DNA from: Clostridia bacterium
GTDB taxonomy: Bacteria; Bacillota; Clostridia; Oscillospirales; CAG-272
DNA: 64,000 bases
Direction of reading: 5' to 3'
Assembly (NCBI GenBank): GCA_017467815.1
Contig: JAFUKI010000122.1
Location: 2,240 to 66,239 of the forward strand
The number at the start of each line of letters is the position of its first letter. Position 1 is the first letter of the stretch. The notes under the pieces were generated by a model. That model saw only the letters and a list, made by a program, of their open reading frames with translations. It did no database searches and was not told where the DNA came from. The position numbers and the translations under genes are program-made. Of the stretch, positions 17,435-25,598 are shown piece after piece.

Positions 17435-17572
17435 TCATATTACATCAAACAGAATGGATCCAATGGTATTGATGGCAAAGTTTGCCGCCATATGCGTGAA
17501 CCGTGACGGGCAGATGCTGCCAAATTTATCGTTCAGCGTGATGAACCAATGGCTGTGAACTCTCCCATCATG
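17435..17572 (-). pseudogene. Orphan 3' fragment of a second CPBP-family gene
   Basis: Translates to ...WFITLNDKFGSICPSRFTHMAANFAINTIGSILFDVI*. This parallels the C-terminus of the intact CPBP gene (ALNDKLGNIYPSWLTHMAANFAINTIGFILFGVI*). There is no start codon or N-terminal part. Confidence 0.65.
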
Positions 17573-18187
17573 TTATCCCGCCAGATAAAGTTCTCCCTGT
17601 TTTTCCAAAAAAGTGATTGAAAGAATCTCATAATTCTCAGGTTCTGAAAGAATCTTATTCTTCAGAGAATCCATATCTTCATATGTTATGTACAGAAGAC
17701 CTTCCTCATATTGAATTTCACCATCCGGAGAAAATGTATACAACCCATACTCACTGAAACCTACACATGATACTTGAGCGTTCAAATACCTATCTGTGAC
17801 TTCCATATCATGCACCACATAATACAAATTGTACTCCGGTTTGTGCGGATATGAAATCCACTTTTCAGAGCGCTCATCATATTCAGCAGGAATATGATCC
17901 CAATTCACAAGTAGTTCACCGACTGTAGAACAAGCCTCGATGTTTCTCATGAGTTCATCCGTTGTCATTTCAGAACTGTGTCCGTGAACTAACCCATGAT
18001 ATACTGCTATATGCAAAAGAAATGCACTTGCAGTTTCTTCATCGACTTCCAGGTAATTCAAAGGCTTCTGGTCAGGCAATATCTGTCGGAGAAATAGTTC
18101 TATACGTTCTTCCGAACTGATCACATTCTTCGTGCATCCGCATAAACATAAAGTTATCGTGAGTAAAACTGTAACCAAATACTTCAT
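17573..18187 (-). CDS. Hypothetical lipoprotein (AT-rich gene)
   Basis: Signal peptide with lipobox (LCLCGC). A hand count of one 60-nt line gives about 32% GC, against about 58% in the adjacent CPBP gene. Confidence 0.7.
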   Translation of the reverse strand: MKYLVTVLLTITLCLCGCTKNVISSEERIELFLRQILPDQKPLNYLEVDEETASAFLLHIAVYHGLVHGHSSEMTTDELMRNIEACSTVGELLVNWDHIPAEYDERSEKWISYPHKPEYNLYYVVHDMEVTDRYLNAQVSCVGFSEYGLYTFSPDGEIQYEEGLLYITYEDMDSLKNKILSEPENYEILSITFLEKQGELYLAG

Positions 18188-18205
18188 ATAGTATCAACCT
18201 TTCGT

Positions 18206-18889
18206 TTATATAACGCCAAACAGAATGAATCCAATGGTATTGATGGCAAAGTTCGCCGCCATATGCGTAAGCCAGGACGGATAGATGTTGCCCAGTTTAT
18301 CATTCAGCGCATTGAAGATCAGCCCGCCCACGATCAGCCCGAACATCAATAGTGCCAGCACCGCCGGATGGAACATTCCCACCAACATTCCCACATGGTA
18401 CACTGCGAACAGCACCGGACTGAACAGGTATGCAAATTTGATGTTCACGTACTTTTTCAGCGTGATGAACCCGAAGCCGCGGAAGAAAAATTCTTCAAGG
18501 AACGAATTCATAATGGATATGTAGATTGCCACCCATACAAAGTTATCCGCGGTGATGCCCATACCGGCGGTCAGGCTGGATGTTACACCACTGAAATCAA
18601 TAAATCCTCTTGTGACAAAGTATCCGCCGAGGATCACGCCGAATATGGCAAGTCCGAGAAGGATGGATATAAGCAGACCTTTTTTCCGGAAGCGGAACAG
18701 AGCTTTGAACCCGTTCCATTCATCGCGCCATATCACGAAAAACAGCATTGGCAGTGCCAGAAAAAACAGGATCTTGATGGGAATTTTTGAAAAATACGGC
18801 GGATGTACTACGGCATCGATGAAGGTAACAGCGAGGGAGAAAACGATCACCGAGAGAATAATATAGAGCTTTTTATACTTCTTCGTCAT
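18206..18889 (-). CDS. CPBP family intramembrane glutamic endopeptidase (CAAX protease / Abi family)
   Basis: EEFFFRGF (EExxxR), FAVYH and HMAANF motifs in a multi-TM protein. The start is taken at the ATG at 18889; the track uses a TTG two codons earlier. Confidence 0.85.
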   Translation of the reverse strand: MTKKYKKLYIILSVIVFSLAVTFIDAVVHPPYFSKIPIKILFFLALPMLFFVIWRDEWNGFKALFRFRKKGLLISILLGLAIFGVILGGYFVTRGFIDFSGVTSSLTAGMGITADNFVWVAIYISIMNSFLEEFFFRGFGFITLKKYVNIKFAYLFSPVLFAVYHVGMLVGMFHPAVLALLMFGLIVGGLIFNALNDKLGNIYPSWLTHMAANFAINTIGFILFGVI

Positions 18890-19094
18890 AGTCAATGATC
18901 ACCTTCTTGCATTTCTGACAGTGATAGGCTTTGCAGGTCGGGCGGGTCCAGTTGTGCTGGCTTAAGGTTATTTCATCCCCGGAAGCGTCATCCGGTGACA
19001 TAAAGAATTTGTGTGCTTTGGGTGTAAAGAATATCGTCCTGCTGCTCTGGACAACGCCTTCTTTCATGTCACGGCTGCACATTGGACATTTCAT
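18873..19094 (-). CDS. Small zinc-ribbon protein
   Basis: 73 aa with CPMC ... CQKC cysteine pairs. It has a good RBS and overlaps the CPBP start. Confidence 0.6.
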   Translation of the reverse strand: MKCPMCSRDMKEGVVQSSRTIFFTPKAHKFFMSPDDASGDEITLSQHNWTRPTCKAYHCQKCKKVIIDYDEEV

Positions 19095-19116
19095 TTTGAT
19101 TTCTCCTTTGCCAAAG

Positions 19117-19596
19117 TTAACGATCCTTGCTGAATCTCTTTTTTCGATTCAGCATCATGAATATTCCATATCCGATCACAGCACCGATCATGTTCAGAAG
19201 TACATCGTCGATATCCAGACTGCCGAGCAGTGTTGCAAGCTGGATAATTTCAATACTGAGAATGATGATCAGCGCATACAGCATACTGCGGCGAAATGCA
19301 TCCGCTTTAGGGAATACACACGGAATAAAGAATCCCAGCGGAACGAACATGATGACATTTCCGGCGAGATTGATGAAAGCATGGCTTCGTCCGCCGCCGT
19401 GCAGATCATTCCAGAACTCCGAGATGGTTCTCAGCGGGATCAGATTGATTTTTTGCGTGAAATAATCATTCCAAAAATTTTCCGTCCCTGCACTGCTGAG
19501 ATATGCCTGCATCCGCTGACCGAACAGAAGCCAGAACATCAGAAGGACATAGGCACCAAAGGAGACATACAGTATCCATCTGTTTTTCCGATTCAT
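19117..19596 (-). CDS. VanZ family membrane protein
   Basis: INLIPLRTI and GNVIMFVPLGFF are VanZ-like. Start at MNRKNRW behind GGAGGGG. Confidence 0.78.
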   Translation of the reverse strand: MNRKNRWILYVSFGAYVLLMFWLLFGQRMQAYLSSAGTENFWNDYFTQKINLIPLRTISEFWNDLHGGGRSHAFINLAGNVIMFVPLGFFIPCVFPKADAFRRSMLYALIIILSIEIIQLATLLGSLDIDDVLLNMIGAVIGYGIFMMLNRKKRFSKDR

Positions 19597-19654
19597 ATTT
19601 CCCCTCCATTCCATATATCCTGATCACCGTTTCTCACCGGTTTGGAAATTTGCA

Positions 19655-20065
19655 TTACTCCGATACCGCCCAATTTTCCGGCTTGCGGTAACAGAAATAC
19701 GGTCCGCACCAGCCGTTTTCGTGGGTCTTCACGTATGTCCACGAAAAATCTTCTGCCACGATGTACACGTCCCGCGCGCCCCGCTTGTATTCCTTATCAA
19801 GGGATGCCGCACTGATCTTTCCGGTTTCTCTTACATCGTTGATCTGACCGGTGTATCCGTCGTGAAAACGGATGGCTTTGTCGTATGCAATGCGGTCAAA
19901 CTCCGCGCGGGCTTCGTCATCCTGCAGGCACGTCACATATTCATAGGAAAAAATGTGCCAGAGATAGTTGCCGTAGGACAGGACATGATCATCGAGTTTC
20001 TTTTTGTCCACATCTCTGGCAAAGGCATACAGCCAGTTGTTTATGATTTTCTGATCGGTCATCAT
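19655..20065 (-). CDS. Hypothetical protein (DUF4275-like)
   Basis: YLWHIFSYEYVTCLQDDEA resembles the DUF4275 family, recalled from memory. The start is placed at the MM codons just after the upstream gene stop. Confidence 0.55.
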   Translation of the reverse strand: MMTDQKIINNWLYAFARDVDKKKLDDHVLSYGNYLWHIFSYEYVTCLQDDEARAEFDRIAYDKAIRFHDGYTGQINDVRETGKISAASLDKEYKRGARDVYIVAEDFSWTYVKTHENGWCGPYFCYRKPENWAVSE

Positions 20066-20069
20066 TGTG

Positions 20070-20675
20070 TTACTCTGCCTCCTGCTTTTCCGATTCTGAT
20101 ATTTCCATGGCAGTCTCCCGGATGGCAGCTTCCAGTTCCGCAACCATCTCCCATGCGGCTTTATCTTCATATACCCATGCTTCATTGGTATTATTTTGAT
20201 CCATATGTGCTGTACCGTCCGTCTGTTCCCGTAAAGCAAACCAAGTGTCCGTTCGCTTCAGAAAACACCTGTCGTCCGTCAGTGCCCGTATAGCAATAGT
20301 TGCTGTATGAGTTTCTTTGACATTATCCGATGGATCGGGATCCGGAAGACGAATAGACAAAACAACATTGTGCAGCATCTCTTCCGATTCGATATACAGC
20401 TTGTCCTCCTCCTTTTCCCGGATAGGACTCACCGCAGGGATCATTTTCTTTTCCGACCAACCATTGACCCGCTTGCAAAGTATTTCCAGCTCATCATACC
20501 ACGGCACATCTTCTGTAATATCGATCTGTACCATCCCGGTATGATCATCGTATGCATAAGCGACAACCATCATACTTTCGGCTTCTTTGAATGGAATTCG
20601 CTGTGTGTTTCCGCCACAACCTGCAAGAAACAAGGAAATCATCAGACATATAGTAATGAGAACATATTTTTTCAT
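20070..20675 (-). CDS. Hypothetical lipoprotein
   Basis: MKKYVLITICLMISLFLAGCGG lipobox, with a GGGGAG RBS. Confidence 0.65.
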   Translation of the reverse strand: MKKYVLITICLMISLFLAGCGGNTQRIPFKEAESMMVVAYAYDDHTGMVQIDITEDVPWYDELEILCKRVNGWSEKKMIPAVSPIREKEEDKLYIESEEMLHNVVLSIRLPDPDPSDNVKETHTATIAIRALTDDRCFLKRTDTWFALREQTDGTAHMDQNNTNEAWVYEDKAAWEMVAELEAAIRETAMEISESEKQEAE

Positions 20676-21355
20676 ACCCACTCCCCTTTTACTCCAAATC
20701 AATCCCCACAAGCTCTGGTCTGCTGAATATCATCGGAACCCGGGTGGTTTCTCTCGCCAGTCCGCGGCTGACGATCATCGTCACGTACAGAGGGACGTTC
20801 AGCCGCATCTGTGTTGAAAATCCGCTCCATTCTTCACGCCATCCGCGGAACAGATGCAGATTCATGTCCCTTGCCACACTGTGCAGCGCAGTATTGTGGC
20901 ATACAACACAACCACAACATAGCCCACAAGCTAAACAAGCAGGTTAACCTTTTCCCAGGGGAATTTCTTCTCCCCTTTCGTCACTTTTCGGAAGACAGTA
21001 TATGCTGACAAAATTCCAACCGTACAAAGCACGGCTGCCAACACAGCAAGAAGCCCGGTTTTTCTGCAGTAATTGTAATATCAGTTCAACAAAATCGTGC
21101 ATATCTCTTCTTATGCTTTCCCATATACCACCCGTACCGGTAACATATGACCGACTTCTGTAAGTTGGCACAAAACTTTCATTTTCATGTTCCTGCCGGT
21201 ACGTGATTGCCAAAGTCGATTATCATTTTGATCATCTCAGGCAGGTACTTTGTTTCAGTATAGCATATATCTGTGAACAGTGTAAGAATCCAGTACAATT
21301 TTAATAAAAAATTAAGTTTTTCGCGCCTTTTGGGTTAAAACAGGGTACAATTTTC

Positions 21356-21403
21356 AAAAATCCCCAAGGTCAGGACATTTTTCGTCTGACTTCGGGGATT
21401 TTG
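21356..21403 (-). terminator. Terminator after the cyclase-family gene
   Basis: Imperfect long hairpin ATCCCCAAGGTCAG ... CTGACTTCGGGGAT, flanked by T/A runs on both strands. Confidence 0.6.
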
Positions 21404-21458
21404 TTCAGTTGTTTTTCTGCCGCACTGAAAACATCAATGGTATATTCAAGCAGGATAA

Positions 21459-22025
21459 TTACGCCTCCATCACTTCCGCCACCACCCGGCACGGCAAGCC
21501 TGTCATTCCGGTATAATTCACCGGATAGGTGTGCGCGAAAAATCTTCCGCCGGCTGCTGCGACCGTTTTCAGATTACAAAGATTTTCAATCACGAAAACC
21601 CCTCTCTCCGCGCAGAAACGGTCCTTCGGGATATGCTCCTTCCCTCTCCGGATACCGGCAAAATCCAGACCGATCAGAGAAATTCCCTTTTCAATCAGGG
21701 CATCGATCAGTTCGTGGGAAAGCTGGGGATGTTCTCCGAAATATGCTTTTCCGCCGTAGCCGATTTCTTCGATAAAGCCCGTACAGAATCCCACAAACAT
21801 CCCCGGTGATACTTTGTCCATATCAATATCCGAAATTCCGATATCCCTGTTCTTTACTGCGGAAACATCGAACACAATGCCCTCCCGTCCGGTGTATTCC
21901 AGAGGAAATTCCTGTTCCATCACGTCGAAATGGGTTCCGATATGACCGATCAGGGCCTTGTTTTCGTTTCCCGGCGCATCTTTCAACATATCGGGCGTTA
22001 CTTTCATTGTTATATCAATCAGCAT
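21459..22025 (-). CDS. Cyclase family protein (kynurenine-formamidase-like fold)
   Basis: The HIGTHFDV motif and the ~190 aa size are typical of the putative cyclase family. Confidence 0.75.
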   Translation of the reverse strand: MLIDITMKVTPDMLKDAPGNENKALIGHIGTHFDVMEQEFPLEYTGREGIVFDVSAVKNRDIGISDIDMDKVSPGMFVGFCTGFIEEIGYGGKAYFGEHPQLSHELIDALIEKGISLIGLDFAGIRRGKEHIPKDRFCAERGVFVIENLCNLKTVAAAGGRFFAHTYPVNYTGMTGLPCRVVAEVMEA

Positions 22026-22245
22026 ATTTCATCCTCCGTCGGTTTTTCTGACTACATTATAGCATAATTCTGTGAAAAGATAAAGAGTTGCCGTCCATCC
22101 TTTGTTATGATAATAGGAGAATTTCAATCTTTCATGTTTTTCCTGTGTTTAATTTTCGTTTAATTTTTTATCAGATTTCTTTATATGTTCACACAAATGT
22201 GCTATACTAAAATCAGAAAATCAAATCTGCAAAAGGAGATATGTT

Positions 22246-22491
22246 ATGTTTCAACTGCTGACAGCCTTATACTTTCTCATCCCCTCCGCCGCGATTCTGT
22301 TTTTCGTCATCAGTCTGGTGATGTATTTATATGCCAGACGCAAAAACAAGCGCGTTCCCGGTACATATACCGAAAACCAGATGAAAACACGGCTGATCTG
22401 TCTGATCGTCTCCTCCGTTATTGCCGGTGTGCTGGCGCTGGTGGTTATCGGATTCATGATTCTGCTGTTCATGGCAGTTGCTTTTATGTGA
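22246..22491 (+). CDS. Small 2-TM membrane protein
   Basis: 81 aa with an AAGGAG RBS 8 nt upstream and two hydrophobic helices. Confidence 0.5.
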   Translation: MFQLLTALYFLIPSAAILFFVISLVMYLYARRKNKRVPGTYTENQMKTRLICLIVSSVIAGVLALVVIGFMILLFMAVAFM

Positions 22492-22501
22492 GGATGCCGC
22501 T

Positions 22502-22642
22502 ATGAAGGACAAACTTTTCTGGAAACTGATGATTGCACTCCTTGCTGTTTGTCTGGTTGTGACAGTCGTGCATCTGATCTATGCCATTTATGCGTATCAG
22601 CATTGTTCCATCATCTATTTTATCGGAAAGGAGCTGTGGTGA
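22502..22642 (+). CDS. Tiny membrane protein (46 aa, not in the ORF track)
   Basis: MKDKLFWKLMIALLAVCLVVTVVHLIYAIYAYQHCSIIYFIGKELW. Its stop lies 1 nt before the next ATG, so it is packed between two genes. Confidence 0.35.
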   Translation: MKDKLFWKLMIALLAVCLVVTVVHLIYAIYAYQHCSIIYFIGKELW

Positions 22643-22643
22643 T

Positions 22644-23633
22644 ATGCGGAAACTGACCAGGCAGATTCTGTCCCTCGTCGCTGTCTTTCTGGTATTTGCA
22701 CTGTTCAATGCCTGTATGTATTTCCTGCTGACCGGCAGACTCGCCAATAATTTCAGCGATGCCTCTCAGTCCAAAATGATTGATGTGGCAAAATATCTTC
22801 CCCATGTGCCCGAATCCGATCTGGCGCGGATCGATCCTTCCATGAAGCTCACGGATAATCTGCCCGTTCTGGATGGTGCGGCGGCACTGGTTCCCGTATA
22901 TGCGGCTATTGTGGATAATGTATATCCGGAAGGTTCGGTGACTTACGAGGGCGGCAGTTTCTCAGACGATAACTATTACGGTGAAAACTTTGCCGAAGAC
23001 AGCAAAATGCAGTACAAAAACACCGTCCGCGGCTATCAGGCGATTGTGGACGGCACTACGGATATTCTGTTCTGTGCAGCGCCCTCCGAAGCCCAGAAAG
23101 CATATGCGGCTGAGAAAAACGTGGAGCTGGTCTATGTTCCCGTGGGACTTGAGGGGTTTGTATTTTTCGTCAATGAAAACAACCCCGTATCCGACCTGAC
23201 CGTGGAACAGATCCGGGATATTTACGGCGGAAAGTACACCAACTGGGCGGAAGTGGGCGGTGCGGATCGTGTGATCAATCCCGTTACCAGACTGGAAGGA
23301 AGCGGCAGCCAGTCGGCTATGGATGCTTTCATGCAAGGCAGGGAAATCGCGCGGAAATCCCCCTTTGCCATCACCGGCGCGTCCATCGGTTTTTCTTTCC
23401 GTTATTATATGGATGGTATGGTGGGCAATGAGTCCGTAAAAATGCTCTCTCTGAACGGGGTATACCCCAGTGCAGAGAATATTCAAAACGGTACCTACCC
23501 CATCATCGCCCGGTTTTACGCCATTTACCGTGCGGACAATGACAATGAAAATATTCCCGTGCTGATAGATTGGATATTGTCCGAAGAAGGTCAGACCGTT
23601 ATTGAGAAAAGCGGCTATGTAAGAATTCAGTAA
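22644..23633 (+). CDS. Membrane-anchored PstS-like (PBP superfamily) substrate-binding protein
   Basis: Signal anchor, then YGGKYTNWAEVGG ... GSGSQSAM ... NGTYPI, typical of phosphate-binding PBP_like domains. No permease or ATPase genes are nearby. Confidence 0.78.
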   Translation: MRKLTRQILSLVAVFLVFALFNACMYFLLTGRLANNFSDASQSKMIDVAKYLPHVPESDLARIDPSMKLTDNLPVLDGAAALVPVYAAIVDNVYPEGSVTYEGGSFSDDNYYGENFAEDSKMQYKNTVRGYQAIVDGTTDILFCAAPSEAQKAYAAEKNVELVYVPVGLEGFVFFVNENNPVSDLTVEQIRDIYGGKYTNWAEVGGADRVINPVTRLEGSGSQSAMDAFMQGREIARKSPFAITGASIGFSFRYYMDGMVGNESVKMLSLNGVYPSAENIQNGTYPIIARFYAIYRADNDNENIPVLIDWILSEEGQTVIEKSGYVRIQ

Positions 23634-23663
23634 ATTTCTAATTTGATTATGGAGATTCCCCTT

Positions 23664-25502
23664 ATGAAACGATTGATGTCTGTTATACTGCTCTTGTCCC
23701 TGATATCCGGCAGTCTCAGCGGATGTACTGAGCCTGCTCCCGGCAAGGAAAAGGAAAGTGAAGAAACCAATACAAATATTTCCGTCACCCCCGCCGAAAC
23801 CACGGAAGCGGATTTTTCCGGCACAGCTGCGGATATGTTCACCGACAGGGACCGCAGGACCGAATACAGTGAAGCGGATGCTGTCCGGATCGAACTGAAA
23901 GGTGATACTGCTTCAGCCAGTGCCAACAGTGTGCGGATTTCCGGTTCCGTGATTACCATTACCGAAGAAAAAACGCATATTATCTCCGGCACGCTGGATG
24001 ACGGTATGATCATTGTGGATGCCGATGACGCCGCCAAGGTACAGTTGGTATTCAACGGTGTGCACATCCATTGCAGTTCTTTTGCACCGGTTTACATCCG
24101 GGAAGCGGACAAAGTATTTATTACCTTGGCTGATGGAACGGAAAACACCCTTTCCGGCGGCGATACGTTCAGCCAGATCGATGACAATACCGTGGATGGT
24201 GTCCTTTTCTCCCGACAGGATCTCACCCTGAACGGTTCCGGTTCACTGACAGTGACTTCCCCGTCGGGACATGGCATCGTCTGCAAGGATGATTTTGTTG
24301 TAACCGGCGGAGAATATTCCATTGTCAGCGCATCCCATGGGATTGATGCCAATGACAGTGTTCGTATTACCGGTGCATCCTTCACGATTGATGCCGGCAA
24401 AGACGGAATCCATGGGGAAAACAATGACGATGCTTCTCTCGGATTTGTGTATATCGCAGACGGTGTACTGAATATTGAAGCAGAAGGGGACGGTATCTCT
24501 GCAGGTGCTTATCTGCAGATTGACGACGGTACGATCGGCATTCTTGCCGGCGGCGGCAGTGTCAACGGAACCAAACAATCTTCTGATTCCTTCGGCGGTT
24601 TTATGGGTGGCGGCAGACCGGGCTATTCTTCTTCCGCTGAAACCGCTGATGAAAGCAGTACCAGTATGAAGGGACTCAAATCCGGCAACAGTATGCAAAT
24701 TGCGGGCGGCACGATTACGATTGACTCTGCGGATGATGCGGTGCATTCCGATATGTCCCTGACCGTAAGCGGCGGTACCTTCACCCTTTCTTCCGGTGAC
24801 GATGCCCTGCACGCGGAAGAGAATCTGACTGTTACAGCCGGAAGCATTCAAATTTCCGAAAGCTACGAAGGACTGGAAGCACTGCATATCAAAGTCGAAG
24901 GCGGTGATATCCGGCTTACTGCCAGCGATGACGGTCTGAATGCGGCAGGCGGAACCGATGCCAGCGGAACAACAGGTGGTCGGGACGGAATGTTCGGCGG
25001 CGGACCCGGCGGTATGGGCGGTGATCCCGGCGGAAGACCCGGCGGCGGTATGGGAGGCGGTATGTCCGCAAACTCGGACGGCAGTGTGGAAATCTCCGGC
25101 GGTACACTATATATCAATGCATCCGGTGACGGAATTGATGCCAACGGTACGCTGACGATTTCCGGCGGTCATACCACAGTAGTTGGTCCCACCCGCGGAG
25201 ATACGGCAACCCTTGACTACGACATATCCGCTGTCATTACCGGCGGTACGTTCATCGGTACAGGCGCTTCCGGTATGGCGCAGACCTTCAGTGATTCTGA
25301 ACAGGGTGTGATCTCCCTTTCTGTGGGAAATCAGTCCGCAGGTACGGAGATCACCCTCACCGATGCAGAGGGGAACATAGTTGTCTCTTATGCACCCGAA
25401 TTGTCCTTTGCGGTAGTGATTCTGAGTACTCCCGACATGGTAAAAGGAGAAACGTATACCATCACGGTGGGCGAGGCATCGGGCGAATTTGCAGCGGATT
25501 AA
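23664..25502 (+). CDS. Lipoprotein with a Cthe_2159-like carbohydrate-binding beta-helix domain
   Basis: Lipobox LSGC. VQLVFNGVHIHCSSFAPVYIREADKVFITLADGTEN matches the family hallmark from memory. There is also a Gly-rich GGPGGMGG stretch. Confidence 0.75.
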   Translation: MKRLMSVILLLSLISGSLSGCTEPAPGKEKESEETNTNISVTPAETTEADFSGTAADMFTDRDRRTEYSEADAVRIELKGDTASASANSVRISGSVITITEEKTHIISGTLDDGMIIVDADDAAKVQLVFNGVHIHCSSFAPVYIREADKVFITLADGTENTLSGGDTFSQIDDNTVDGVLFSRQDLTLNGSGSLTVTSPSGHGIVCKDDFVVTGGEYSIVSASHGIDANDSVRITGASFTIDAGKDGIHGENNDDASLGFVYIADGVLNIEAEGDGISAGAYLQIDDGTIGILAGGGSVNGTKQSSDSFGGFMGGGRPGYSSSAETADESSTSMKGLKSGNSMQIAGGTITIDSADDAVHSDMSLTVSGGTFTLSSGDDALHAEENLTVTAGSIQISESYEGLEALHIKVEGGDIRLTASDDGLNAAGGTDASGTTGGRDGMFGGGPGGMGGDPGGRPGGGMGGGMSANSDGSVEISGGTLYINASGDGIDANGTLTISGGHTTVVGPTRGDTATLDYDISAVITGGTFIGTGASGMAQTFSDSEQGVISLSVGNQSAGTEITLTDAEGNIVVSYAPELSFAVVILSTPDMVKGETYTITVGEASGEFAAD

Positions 25503-25598
25503 TGGGGGGCTGTACGAAACAGCTTGACAAAAACAAAAGGATATGATATAGTTAAACCATAGTAGTATCCCCAATTTTTTCAAACCGGAGGACATTTC

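Noticed and set aside
20689-21458. Short ORFs (62 and 89 aa, with GTG/TTG starts) in a ~770-bp gene-poor gap
   Set aside because: They have no RBS and no recognisable motifs. One frame gives an odd Cys-rich run (CGLCCGCVVC), but without start or conservation evidence. The gap is probably decayed or intergenic DNA and cannot be called.
24940-25090. Repetitive GGxGG-coding tract, considered as a possible DNA repeat array
   Set aside because: It is an in-frame Gly-rich low-complexity linker (GGGPGGMGGDPGGRPGGGMGGGM) inside the Cthe_2159-like protein, not a spaced repeat array.
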